A stretch of 64,000 bases of DNA, from positions 22,880,001-22,944,000 of the forward strand of contig NC_045696.1 in NCBI RefSeq assembly GCF_009834535.1, given 5' to 3'. The notes beneath the pieces are model-generated. The model saw nothing but the letters and a program-made list of their open reading frames with translations, searched no databases and was not told where the DNA came from. The position numbers and the translations under genes were made by a program. Source of the DNA: Camelus ferus (lineage: Eukaryota). This document shows positions 40,166 through 52,680 of the stretch, one piece after another (position 1 is the first letter of the stretch; every line of letters starts with the position of its first letter).

Positions 40166-41279
40166 GAAGTTTGAGAATCTCTGACACAGTAGAAGTGCCA
40201 AAAAAGGTAACAGAATAAACATAAAACAACAAAATCTATGTCTCTTCTGTTGCCTTTTTGTTTTATCTTATTTAAAAATGAATTTCTCTGCATTAAAAGA
40301 TAATATTTGCCCAAGAAGTTTACTTTTATCTCCAGCAGAATTAATCAGAGTACCTATCATTCTATTATTCTATTTTCCATTACATGTCAGAGTCATGACT
40401 GGTTTTCAGCATCTTTTAATGTACAGTTATGTGGTCATTAATTCCTTACATTTGCTTTTAAAAGTTTTTTCAAGCTACAGTGTTAGATTTCATGTACTTT
40501 ACTTACCTCATCGAGATAATGTTACTATAATGATCTCACCTATATGTTGTATAATTAGATCTACTATCTCTCTAATGAGATACAGCATGTTATTTGGAAC
40601 CAGATGTTCTATCATGGATAGCAGAGGACACTCTATGCTAGAATTTCCAAGACATTCAAGCATAATGTAAGCGGTCATTTCATACAAATTGTTTTCGATT
40701 CCTTTCTTTGGGAACCTAGCTGTTTCTGGGTGAATATTTACAGTTGCAATAACCCAAAGGACTAAGGGAGTCAGCTGGCTTTGGCACAGAACAGAGCACA
40801 TAACAATTATTTGCTGGGAGAATAAAGATTGGCTCTCAGTGAGCAAGAAAAAAGTTACCTGGGAACACAGACCACGTTGCTCTAACATTTGCATTTGTGC
40901 ATTTACAGCACGTGTTCAGTTTTATGATAATATATTTTAAGAAAGAATCTTTTCGTATGAAGAATATATTTATTTATTAAGAAAGAGCTACACATAGGCT
41001 TAAGAATGGTAGTCATTATTCAGTAACTGCTTATGTGTGTTCAATAAATATGAGATGGAAATAAGTACATATATATCCATGGGCTTGACATTGACTATTC
41101 ACTCATCTAAAAATATCTATGTGCATCTTTAATACAGCAAAATGAATACACAGTAGACATACGTAGACACACAAAGCAAACTGCATGGAGGCCCAGCCTC
41201 AAGTTTGTGTTCAATGATATTCTCATCTCTCTGCCAAACACGAATACCTAACTATTTATCGAAACCGTTATTTGCTTGT

Positions 41280-41600
41280 CAATGAAACCCGAGCATGCAG
41301 CGTTTTATGAAAGTGTGGCGAATTAATGATCAGGATGACCTCACCTCGCCACAGCCTTCTGAGTCTCCACAGAAGAGGAAATTAAAGGAGACAAACCGAA
41401 CGGTGACGCTCAGGGACTCCCTTGATTCCGCCTGTCACCGTTTTAAGCCGGCTCAAGGCCTCGGGGGAGTCTGGCTGTTCGAGAGCCTTCCTCAGCCAGC
41501 CAGACGGTAACGGCCCACTGCTTTTATTCATTACTCTGAATGTAATGCACTAAATTTAACAAGTAACACACTCAGCGGGAATTTATTAGCCTTTTGCAGC
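41280..41600. promoter_or_regulatory. Small CpG-rich non-repeat island, candidate regulatory element
   Basis: Over a dozen CpGs in ~300 bp against a strongly CpG-depleted background. Confidence 0.4.
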
Positions 41601-42639
41601 ATGATTGCAAGGTAGGATATGGATATGGATTCCAATTACTGTTGACATCCAGATAAGGAGAACAAAGCCTGTATATAATTATTAACCAAAGTTGATATTT
41701 TAGGGAAATAAATAAATAAGTAAAAACACAAATAAATATCTCTGTACTATTTGAAGCAAATGTTCTCCAGGTTGAAAGTTTTCCTGGCTCCACAATAGGA
41801 GCATTCCAATGACAGAGAATAGCAATAATAAAACAGCAACAGAGGCAAAGTGATCCTATAGGCAACAGTTTTCACATAACAATAGGTGTGTGGAACAGAT
41901 GTACAGTAGAGAGAAAGTGAACAAATTCCAAACATAGACTCCTGTGCATTATGGAAATGGATGTTCAAAGAAACTGTCATCTTTAAGTAAGGAGTGAGTA
42001 TTATAATAAGAGAAAATAATCCATTTAATATTGTTATTTTAGACGGTAACTATAGATCTATTAAAATATGGTAAAAGGAGTGACTGTAAAAAAATATAAT
42101 GTTATGCTTTCTTATCTGTGACCCTGGAGTTACCTGATGATGAAAATTCAATATTATTGGCATACAGGTATTTATGACGTCAAAGGCTTTGGGCTGCACT
42201 AAGGAAATGGGAGTAGGAGCTAGAATTTTAGGTCACTTTGGACAAAGGTTTGTTGTTATTATTGTTTATTTTATTTATAAAGGCCATGGGAACACGATAA
42301 ATGTAATGGCATAGGAGAGAACCTGATTTTATTTTACCAGACCCTATATGAATAAAAAATGTTGAAAAATATATGGCAAATGAAAACACGGGGCACATCA
42401 GCTTCTCCATGATTAACCCAAATGACCAACTTAAATTATTGAACTAAGAGGCAACATGCATCACTGGTGAAGGCTTGAACCCTCATATTACACAGAATCA
42501 TATTCTAGCTTTAATAATTACTAGCACTCTGACCTTGAACCACTAATTTAATCTCTCTTAGCCTGTGCCCTTAAGTGTAAAATAGGAATGATAATAGTAA
42601 TTACCTGTGTTGTTATTGTGACAATACTACATTATATAC

Positions 42640-42836
42640 TTCAAGGCTAACAGACTAGATCTTAAGTTTCTCAAGACAAAAAAAAAAAAAAAAAAAAAGA
42701 ATGCAAGTTATGGGACACATTGAAGGTGTTAGCTAATGTTATGGTGGAAATCATATTGCAATACAGAAATGTATGGTATCAACATGCTGTATACCTTAAA
42801 CTTATACAATATTATTTGTCAATTATATCTCAGTAA
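42640..42836 (+). mobile_element. L1MA-like 3' end with internal poly(A), within a MIR
   Basis: gactagatcttaagtttctc...A-run...ccttaaacttatacaatattatttgtcaattatatctcagtaaa. Confidence 0.7.
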
Positions 42837-43020
42837 ATAATAATCTGGTAAATTATTTAATGTAGTTCTGATCGCAAAGTAAATACTCAATAAATACTAT
42901 CACATTTTATCTTATTTTGTATCATTTGAATCCACTCAGTATTAAAAATCATTAAACCAGGAAATAAGTATCATCATGATCTTTTACACCTGGATATGCT
43001 TTAATACAAAGTTTTAAAGA

Positions 43021-43186
43021 TTTTTTAAAATTTATTTATTTATTTATTCATTTATTTATTTTAGTTTGGGTGGGAGGTAATTAGGTTTTTTAAAAATTTA
43101 TTTATCTTGAATGGAGGTACTGGGGAATGAACCCAAGACCTCATACATGCTAGACACACACTCTACCATTGAGCTATACCCTCCCC
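43021..43186 (-). mobile_element. Camelid-type tRNA-derived SINE (Vic-1-like)
   Basis: Minus strand ggggagggtatagctcaatggtagag...gtcttgggttcattccccagtacctcc has Pol III A/B boxes; (taaa)n tail with internal cctaattacctccc. Confidence 0.75.
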
Positions 43187-44599
43187 ACTTCAGCACCAAT
43201 TTGAGCTCAGCTATTTAAATGGAAAGAGGATCATTTTGTTCTTCTACTGATTATAGAGTTGAGGGTCATAATTTTATGGCAAAGCCTTGTCATGAAACCA
43301 TGGGAAGTTAAAGTGCATTTCTGATACTCAGCATGCTAAGGTATAACACTGGTCTAATGATAGCTGCCCTTGAGGGCGGATGGTAAAACTGGAGAAAATG
43401 TATGTCTATGTATATGTCCATGGAACTCAGCACATGACCTGCTACATCCAAATATGGAGAGTTTGTTTTTTTATGTTAGGGATCTATAGATGGACTCTCG
43501 TATTTAGTTACCACTACAATTCCACTTGGTAGATCTTATTGTCACGTCCATTACTTTGCAAATGAAATGAAGGATGAAACATGTTAACTGGTCTAAGACC
43601 ATGGAGTTATAGCAAGGGCCTTGCTCACCTCAGATCAAAATAACCGTAAGTCAGTGCTCTTTCTACTACGGCAACCTCCCTTAGTAGGTAAAAAGATAAA
43701 GGTGGGTCACCGACAAAAATGTGTTTGTGTGACTCTGTGTGTGTGTGTGTGTGAATGAAAAAGGCATGTGCTCTTGGAAGTTGGTACATGGTTTGGGTTT
43801 TAAACAAAGAGCAGGTAAATTAAAATTATCTATGTCAAGTCATGGTTTTCTCTGACTTCCCTAGAATGTCATAGAACTTACCTATTTAAGGCCTTAAATA
43901 ATTGAAATACTGAGGTAGTTATCTGCAGAAGCACAAAGTTCAATCTTACTGTCACCTACTGATGCTTTGCGGGATCAGTCTTCATAAGGCCTATAAACTC
44001 AAGGAAAGCAGTTAAGTAACATAAATTCCATCAACCTTCAGGGAATCCCAGAGCAACAAAAGAATGATTACTTAAACTGAGCAATTGAACCAAAACTACC
44101 AATCAAAGAGTATTATATATATGAGTGTTAATACTTTTCACCATTGAATTCTATCACTACTCCAGAACATTTTTTTATTCCACAATACATGGGACCCACA
44201 TGTAAAAAACTATTCACATAATTTAAGATAGAGACCCAGTTTTCTGAATCAGAGAAACATGAATAATACCTGACTTTTAGAAATTAAGGAAGAAGAAATT
44301 AAAATATTATTTTAAGTAAATCGTGAGTAAATGCTTACATTGAAGGCCATTCATTCATTCACTCATTCATTCATTCATTTATTCAACAATGATATATTAA
44401 CTGCCTTCTTTTGGCCAGTTCTGTGTAGCACTGAGGATATAACACTGAATCAGGTAGATGAGGTCACTGCCCATATATTAGTGGAGAAAGATATGAAATA
44501 ATCTTATAATTATGATTTTAGTGAGCGTGTTGACTGCAGTGGAAGTCTATATGAGGACTGAAATCTGCTCTTGGCCAGGGGTCAAATGGTGTCATCAGG

Positions 44600-44800
44600 A
44601 AATAACTTCACATGTGCTAATGCACTCAATCTTTGCACCAATCCAATGAGGTCAGCATTGCTACAATCATCCCATTCACACATAAACAGAGGGAAAAAAA
44701 GCACTAAATATCTTAACAAATCACAGAGTCTGTAAAGGCTAGACCCAAGATGCAGCCCAGGCCATCTGGGTTTAGATTCTGCTCTTAGCCATTGTGCCAT
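44600..44800 (-). mobile_element. MIR SINE
   Basis: tgcaccaatccaatgaggtc...cccattcacac...aaatcacag...gctcttagccattgtgcca. Confidence 0.7.
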
Positions 44801-44869
44801 AGAAGTTCATGTGCATTTGTGAGGGATAATGAAAACACACTCCAGATGGAAAGAAGGCACACAGGATGC

Positions 44870-45473
44870 ACTAGAACAGACCAATAGAAATGTGAGCCAC
44901 ATATGTCACTATAATTTTCTAGTAGCCATGTTAACAAAAAGTAAAAAGAGGTGGGTACAGTACTCCGGAAAAATGTCTTGACAGTTTCTTATAATACTTA
45001 ATATGCAAATACAATATGGCCGATGGACTCAAGCACTTACCCCAGATAAATTAAAATGTATGTTAACAACATGCACAGAAATGTTTATGGGGACTTTATT
45101 CATTATAGCAAAAACTAGAACCAATAACCAGTGGGTGAGGATTTAGTGTGGAATGTTACTCGGAATGAACTATTGCTGTACGTACAACTTGAATCAACCT
45201 TCAGAGAATTATTCTAAGATGAAAAAGCCAAGTCCCAAGGATATGTCCTGTATGATTCCATTTACTTAACATTCTTGACATGACAAAATTACATAAAACT
45301 AGTGGTTGCTAGAGGTTAGGGACAGAGGAAGGGATGAAGCACAGGAATGGGGTAGATGTGGTTATAAAGGTACAAGATGGATCTTCATGATGAAGGAACT
45401 GTCCTGAGTCTTGGTGTGGTGGTAGAAACATGTATTTACAAATGTTGTAAAATTGCACAGAACTAAACACACA

Positions 45474-45514
<41 letters not shown>

Positions 45515-45885
45515 ATACAGTTAAAACTAGGCAAACCTGAATAAGATGTATCACTGTCAGTATCCTGGCAGTAATACGGTGATAGTAGGTATGCAAGATG
45601 TTACCATTGGGCAAAAGTGGGTAAAGGGAGGATAAGATCTCTCTGTATTGTTTCTTACAATTGCACGGAAATCTCTCTCAAAACAAAGATGTTAATTAAA
45701 AGAAAAGAAGTAGGTTGAGTTTTTTAAAAAAACTTTATTTAACCCAATATATCCATAAGTTCATTTCAACATATTAAACAATATAAAAATTAGTGAGATA
45801 TTTTAATTTTTTTCCATACTGTCCATTTGAACTAGCCACAGTCCAAGTTCTCAGTAGCCACACCATACTGGGCAGCACAGGTGTA
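44870..45885 (+). mobile_element. MER3/MER33-like hAT split by an L1MC/MD 3' fragment (~44955-45710) that contains a (CA)n at ~45467-45512
   Basis: gagccacatatg...ttttctagtagccatgttaac (left half); tttatttaacccaatatatcc...gaactagccaca...gtagccaca (right half). Confidence 0.7.
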
Positions 45886-45949
45886 GGGAACGAAAAGACA
45901 AGATGTGAAGACAACGTTTAAGAGGTAGGCGTGGGTTATGGAGACAGCA

Positions 45950-46400
45950 CTTGTAATGAAATCCAGAATCTTTGCAGTGGCCTACAGAGCCCAGTGTAGT
46001 AACCTCCGCTGCTTTCTCCCTCCCTCAGTCTCCCGGAGTCTTTGCTGTTCCTGGGAAAGGCCCATGCATGCTCTGACTTGGGGAATCTGGCTCTTGCTGT
46101 TTAGTCTGCCTGGAACCCTCACCCCCGGAGATCTCTCGGACTTGCTCCGACAGTCAGAACTGTCTCTGCTAAGATGCCTGTCACGAGGTCCTTCCTGACA
46201 TATTTCTATGAAAGAACAAATTCTACTCTCCTCCAACACTCTCTATCACCCATTAGACAGCTTTGATTTTTGTAATGGTACTAACACCCTCTGACATTTT
46301 GCGTATTTACTTACTTGTTTACTGTCAGTTTCCCACGGAGCCTGGAACAGTGCCTGGCACACAGAATACATCCAGGGAATATTTGCTGAATGAACTGTTT
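45950..46400 (+). mobile_element. L2 3' fragment
   Basis: atccagaatctttgcagtggcctacagagccc...gcctggaacagtgcctggcacacag...atttgctgaatgaa. Confidence 0.75.
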
Positions 46401-47574
46401 GATGATGGTTAACTCACAGTTCTCAAATGAACTGCTTGCCTTATTACATTTCAGAAATTGGGCAAAGTGTCCTGAGTTTTTAAAGGACAAAGCACACAAG
46501 CAATCTCTTTACATTACAATAAGATAAACAAGATATTTTAAATATAAAGTTTAAGCTTTCATCTCAGTTTTTTTTTAACTTTGCCACTTATTTTAGAGAG
46601 CTCATTTCTGATATAAGATCATTTTATTCATATTTTGTTTCTATATTCATGATAAATTTATTTCCATCTTGCTGCAAAATTCACTTTTCTACCCAGTAAA
46701 TTCATTCAGAAATTCTGAAAAATGGTATTCACTATTCTTGAAAGTGCTGTCAGAGCCCTCCTAAAATCCTGGGTCTTCCACAACGTATCAGCTTCTTAGA
46801 GAAGCATTCTCCAGTAACCCCAAATTTCCTTCTCCCTTGCACTTCCATTATGCACCAGATAGGCTGCTTAATTCTACGCCTATTCCGGTCTACTTATGTC
46901 AAATATATGTATGAAAACGTTCTCTCTCCAGGAAGACAGAAACTAGCCTTTTTCTCTCTCAGTCACTAGCATACAGCTTTACACTTCTCAGTTGGACTTA
47001 GATAAATATTTGATGAAGTGAATGAATTCTGTTTTGTTTTAATAATGTATGCATACATCTGGTATAGAACACTTGGTAGGCAAACATTGTATCAGATACC
47101 TCTCAAACACAAAGTCACACCAAGCAGTATCTTTTCCAGAAGAGAATAGTTATTAAGCTCCTATGATACATTAAAGATTTTACATGTGATCTTCTTTAGT
47201 CCCGGTGATATATGACTGTTATTATTAACTCTGTATCTGATGAGAGAGTGGGAGCTCAGAAAGAATATGAAACTTTTACAAGATCTAATGGCTATTGGAT
47301 ATCAGAATTCTCTTTGTCTGCCCACCTTCCAAGTCCAAAGTATTATTTCCCACTTTACAGTAGGGATCAAACACTTCAACATAGAGATGGCTTTTGTAGA
47401 CAAGTGATATGAGGTATATATTTTGTTACCAAGGTTACTCAAAGTTTCCAGGACCCCAAAGAAATTAACATATTAGGGATTTTCTAGAGAAATGCAACTG
47501 AGATAAGTTGAGCTCCTAAAACTGTATTTTATATAATATTAAGGAATTGAAGATTTTTCTCCAAGAAAACAGTA

Positions 47575-48160
47575 TATCATACAACATGGTAAGGAACTTG
47601 GCCTTACCCAAAGAGAGGTCCAGCCTTTGCACTTGGCTCCTAGGAGGTAACTTATGAACCCTTGGAATCTCCCAAGTGATAAGAGAGTCTATTATTCATG
47701 GTGGGCCCTTTGAACAACGGATCATGCCTATGGAATAAAGCACCAATAAAAACTACGCTGAAGCTCACGTGAGCTTCTTCTGTTGGCAATACACCATGTG
47801 TATTGTCACACATCAGTACTTAGAAGGGGAATTCACATACTGAGGACAATAGAAGCTTCCACTTGGAACCCTCCCAGGCTCTGCACTGTGTCTCTTCTTT
47901 TGGCTGATTTTCAGTATCATGTCCCTATAAATCTGAAACTGTAAGTACAGTAGGTTTCAGTTAGTTTTGTGAGCTGCCCTGGTGAATTAACAAACCTGGA
48001 AGTGGATCCGAGAAACTCAACTTTCAGAAGTAAGAGTGGTCTTCTGTGGACTCTTCCCTTTTAACTTTGTAGTTGGACCCTAATTCCTTGTAGTTAGGCT
48101 ATAAAATCTTGGGCAGACTTGATAATATGGAAGACTATATCCTTAACTCTGTGTAGGCAT
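47575..48160 (+). mobile_element. ERVL-type solo LTR (MER77/MER21 group)
   Basis: ggaacttggccttacccaaagagaggtc...ggctcctaggaggtaac...ccaataaaaact...ttggcaatac. Confidence 0.55.
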
Positions 48161-48689
48161 ATAATAATAATAATACAATAATTTTAGAGATCCCTGAAAA
48201 TGTATCATAGCATATTAAAAATATGTGGGAAAGAAGGGCATGAAAAAAATGACCCTAAACATTCAAAGTATTATCATGTCCACATATTTGGTATTGTTAG
48301 AGGAAAAAAAAATTGATTCAATGTAGGAAAGAACTTTCTGAAAATTAGACCTACCCAAAGACATCATTAGCTGCTTATGAAAGTAGTAACCTCTCTACCT
48401 TTGAATATGTTAACTACTAGTGCAGAGTGCTTATAATCCAAATATGTTGTTAAGGGATTCTGGCCTCAGAACAGTGGGTGGGTGATTTTTAAGATATCTT
48501 CAGGCTTGAAGATTCTGCTATTTTATGGTCTGTATTTCTTCAAAATGACAACTAATAAAACCAAGCTTATATATTTAATAGGTCAAGTTCTTCAATTTGA
48601 CTCTTACAAAATCTATTAATTTTGTTTTGTTTAAAAATATCAGGAAAAAAGGGAGTGTTCTAAGAAATCACACTTAAATTTATACAGTG

Positions 48690-49240
48690 CTGCTATTTAT
48701 AATAGCCTAGACATGGAAACAACCTAAATGTCCATCGACAGATGACTGGATAAAGATGCTGTGCTATATTTATACAATGGAATACTACTCAGTCATAAAA
48801 AAGAATAAAATAATGCCATTTTCAGCAACATGGATGGACCTGTAGATCATCATTCTAAGTGAAGGAAGCCAGAAAGAGAAAGAAAAATACCATATGATAT
48901 CACTTATATGTGGAATCTCAAGCAAAAAGACAAAAATGAACTTATTTACAAAACAGAAGCAGACTCACAGACATAGAAGACAAACTTTTGGTGACCAGGG
49001 GGAGAGATGGTGGGAAGAGATAAATTGGGAGTCTGATATTTGCTGATACTAACTACTATATATAAAATAAACAAGTTTCTACAGTGTAGCACAGGGAGCT
49101 ATATTCAGTATCTTGCAGTAACCTACAATGAAAAAAAATATGAAAACAAATACATGTATGTGTATGTATGACTGAAACATTATCTTATACACCAGAAATT
49201 GATGCAACATTGTAAACTGACTATACTTCAATTAAAAAAA
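48690..49240 (+). mobile_element. Young lineage-specific (artiodactyl/camelid) L1 3' end
   Basis: acatggaaacaacctaaatgtccatcgacagatgactggataaag...ctgactatacttcaattaaaaaaa. Confidence 0.9.
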
Positions 49241-49469
49241 ATTATATAGCGCTGGCTCAAATTTTCCCATATAAGTTTTTGTCATTATCAGGGTAAATTA
49301 AGAAATACTTACATTCCAATGTCAATAGAAAGCATATCTTCTCTGACAAACTGTGCTATCACTAATACAGAATTGTAATGATGTACTATAAAAATTGGTA
49401 TTTGGTTACAAATCAATCAGACTCCAGAAAAGCTTTTTCAAATGCATCATAAGTGGATATAAACAAAAT

Positions 49470-49524
49470 CTAAAATTGTCACACAAGAACATAAACTACA
49501 CACTTAACAACAATTTAATTTAAT
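49470..49524 (-). terminator. Candidate polyadenylation signal of the minus-strand gene
   Basis: Two overlapping ATTAAA (49524-49514) followed by a GU/U-rich tract (gtgtgtagtttatgttcttgtgtg); an AATAAA also lies at 49700-49695. Confidence 0.35.
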
Positions 49525-50203
49525 GCCAAGTATATTTACTTGTATTTCATGAAACTTCTTTTCACATTATAATATACCAATAAATGTCACATCAACAGCT
49601 CATGAAATATAGCTTCTGAGGCTTCCTGAGTAATTGCGATTTTTTATACTCAACCGAATTTTAGGTTCCTGAGTAAAACACCCAGAGTATGGGTTTTATT
49701 AAACAAATAAAAACTAACCTGTTCCTTGGTATAAGGAACATTACATTTAGCACTTTTCTGTTCATATTCTAATTAGTGCACAGCACTGTCAGAACAAGCA
49801 ACACAAAAGCACCTTACTTAAGGGAGTTAATTTCATGGATCTCATATGTTATGAAACATGAAATAAAATAATACAAATCCCACCACATGAGAAGTGTAAT
49901 AATCCCTGGTCCAACTCTGCCCACAATATCTCATCACTGCTGTTGTGTAGACATTGTAAGTTTGGGGTTGCTTCGAGCTATCCTTACCTATTTTCAAATT
50001 TTGTTCAAAAGGCTCAGCCTGCTGCAGGTTCCTAACTGTGACAAGTTAAGATTTTATATGAAATAATAATTGTAAAATTACATATTAGGTTAAGAAGCTT
50101 AATTAAAACAGAAAATTCTTTTAAAATTGATAATGATGATACAACAAAGCTACATGCCGAGATTCTTACTTTGGGAGCAAAAGCAGTAGGAAGGATTGAA
50201 GTA

Positions 50204-50256
50204 TCAGAAGTAGTTCATGGACTTCCACATTTCATTTTGTAGATTTATGTAACTTC
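50204..50256 (-). CDS. Candidate last coding segment GSYINLQNEMWKSMNYF* (terminal exon, or 87-nt internal exon 50256-50170 with a nonsense codon)
   Basis: gtttttccag acceptor in phase 1; TGA at 50206-50204; AAA|gtaaga donor at 50170 would make an 87-nt symmetric exon. Confidence 0.4.
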
Positions 50257-50850
50257 CTGGAAAAACCTCTCCATTGTTGAAATGGAATTAAAATAGATTC
50301 AGGGAACCTTAGAACTTGAAGAGTACTCATTAAGGTAATAGTTCTCAGAATCTAAGTAAGATGTTCTCCCAGTTTCAAAATAGAACATGGGTCTAATTTT
50401 AGCAATGCATTGTTGATTAATCTTAGTATTTTATGTATGATACCATAACTTTGAACTCAAAGCACCTACAAAAATGGAAAACTAGCTATAATTTGTCCCC
50501 AATAAATAAATAATGAAAAAATATATCCCGTTCACATCCAGCAAATGATATGAGATTAAAGTGCAGTCAATAATGAGCTATGAATTAACCCTCCTCTGAT
50601 TTTCCAGTTTTTTTAATAAGAGGACTCAGAAAGGTAACCAGAGAGATGGCTATTTAAAAAGCCGTTAAGTTTCTGAAAATTCATACACAATCACATGCTT
50701 TTATTCCATTCCCAAGAATACACAGACTTCTATTTTTAAGAGACATTTGACATTTCATATCATGTCTTTACATTTTTATCTCAACTCTGCATCCCAGGGG
50801 AGTGACAAAGTCACATCATCTTTTTGGATGGAATGGTTCATACAACTCAC

Positions 50851-50881
50851 CACAAGACAACGCTGATGCTTTGAATTGCCC
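50851..50881 (-). CDS. Short coding exon (31 nt, phase 0->1); GQFKASALSC
   Basis: cttatttacag acceptor, strong GTG|gtgagt donor, in phase. Confidence 0.6.
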
Positions 50882-51033
50882 CTGTAAATAAGTCCATATT
50901 GGTCCTCTCTAAGTTTTTATAAAGTTAAGGGTCACTACAAAAGTCTGGGTCTAATGCAATTCCTCGCTCTTTTCTGAGAATGAATCAGGATTATTTTGGA
51001 TTATTTTCGATTGAAGAAGGTCTCCATATGTAC

Positions 51034-51166
51034 CTTGTGTTTGTTCAAGGCTACTTCCTTTGGAATTTCTCCATAATTTAATCTAATTTCAGACTTATGA
51101 GTGGAATAATCCATAGTTAGATATTTACGAGGATAATGGTGCAAACTGGCTCCCTTGGTGGAATCC
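51034..51166 (-). CDS. Internal coding exon (133 nt, phase 2->0); DSTKGASLHHYPRKYLTMDYSTHKSEIRLNYGEIPKEVALNKHK
   Basis: ccttaatcttcag acceptor, AAG|gtacat donor; only this frame is open, the other two hit TAA. Confidence 0.7.
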
Positions 51167-51949
51167 CTGAAGATTAAGGTGCTCTTTTTGAAATATCATG
51201 AAATAACAATATAACATTAAATTCTAAATCATGTGTTGAGTTCTAACACGTGAGTCTGAAATATTTGATTCCTGGATGATGCAACCATAATTATATCATT
51301 ATAAAAATCAAAAACCTCCTCCCACTTAGCCAAGATAAAGACAAGCTTTCTGTGTGATTCCTGCTGGGATGTATACAGTACCATTCATGAATGAATCTTG
51401 CTAAAACAAAAAAAGGAAGAGAACCTGAATGTGAAGGTCTCAGTTTACAGGACATACAAGTAGAGAAGAACAAGACTAATGATACTTCAGGGATGCAATC
51501 AGCAAAATCCAGCAGGAGAAAGACATTAAAGGGCAACTGACTCTGTTTCATCAACAAATAAGCTGCAAAGAACTAAAAGAAGAGGAACCTACATATTGAA
51601 AGGGGCTTTAGACGTATGTCAACCAAATGTTATGTGTGACCCGTGTTTGCACCCCCATTCAAACAAATTAACTTTTCAAGAACCATGAGACACCAGGAAA
51701 ATTTGTACACTTATGGGATATTTGATGATATTAGGGAACTACTGTAAATACTTGTAGGGAAATAGTCCCATTGTGCTTTAACAAAACAGTGCTCTACTTT
51801 TACAGATATGTAGTGAAATATTTGTAGATGTAAGCATATTATATGATGCATGAGCTTGCTTCAGAGTAATCCAGGAAGTTAGAAATGACTCAATGGTGGG
51901 TATAGATGAAACCAGATCGGCCATACATTGATAAAAGTTGAATAATTGA

Positions 51950-52087
51950 GTATGTATCTGAAGAAAGGGAAATCACTATCTCAAGAGATAGTGCACCCCC
52001 ATGTTCATTGCAGCATTGTTTACATATAGCCAAAACACGGAAACCACTTAAGTATCCATCAGTGAATGAATGGATAAAAGAATGTGA

Positions 52088-52125
<38 letters not shown>

Positions 52126-52527
52126 CACACCACATATATATACAATATATACATATAAAGCATATATATAATAAAGTGGAATATTGTTCAGCCATAAAAA
52201 ATAAGTGAATCTTGTCATTTGTGACAACATGGGTTAATCTTGAAGGCATTATGCCAAATGAAATAAGCCAGATAAAGACAAATCATACATGATCTCACTT
52301 ATATGTGGGATCTAAAAAACACAAACTCATAGAAACAAATTGTAGGCTGACAGCTGCCAGAAGCTGGGGAGTGGGAGAAATGAGTGATGATCAAAGGGTA
52401 CAAATTGCCAGTTACAAAATGAAAAAGTTCTGAGGTTCTAACATACATCATGGTGACTGTAGTTGAGAATACTATATTGCACACCTGAGATTTGCTAAGA
52501 GAGTAGATCTTAAATGTTCTCCCTACT

Positions 52528-52560
<33 letters not shown>

Positions 52561-52680
52561 GAGGCAAACTATACAATTATGTGAGGGGATGGATGTGTTA
52601 ACTAACCTTCTTGTGAAAATCATTTCACAATATATTACACAATGTTATACGTCAAATATATCTCAATGTTACTGGGAAAA
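51950..52680 (+). mobile_element. L1MA-like 3' end with (TG)n(TA)n, adjacent to an older L1 fragment (~51300-51940)
   Basis: gcacccccatgttcattgcagcattgtttac...gagagtagatcttaaatgttctc. Confidence 0.85.

Noticed and set aside
40278..40894. Overlapping 130-aa (+) and 128-aa (-) ORFs with a gtaagt donor near 40506
   Set aside because: No recognisable protein and no convincing acceptor or phase link; the minus ORF stops just before the donor
42175..42182. Perfect CRE TGACGTCA
   Set aside because: Isolated 8-mer with no promoter context; insufficient alone
43629..43679. In-phase 51-nt exon-like unit (REVAVVERALTYGYFDLR)
   Set aside because: Overlaps a MIR end (gtagtagaaagagcactgac); likely fortuitous
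50350..50672. Alternative terminal-exon acceptors at ~50672 (ET*) and ~50392 (DPCSILKLGEHLT*)
   Set aside because: Cannot be excluded, but pyrimidine tracts are weak and nothing favours them without transcript data
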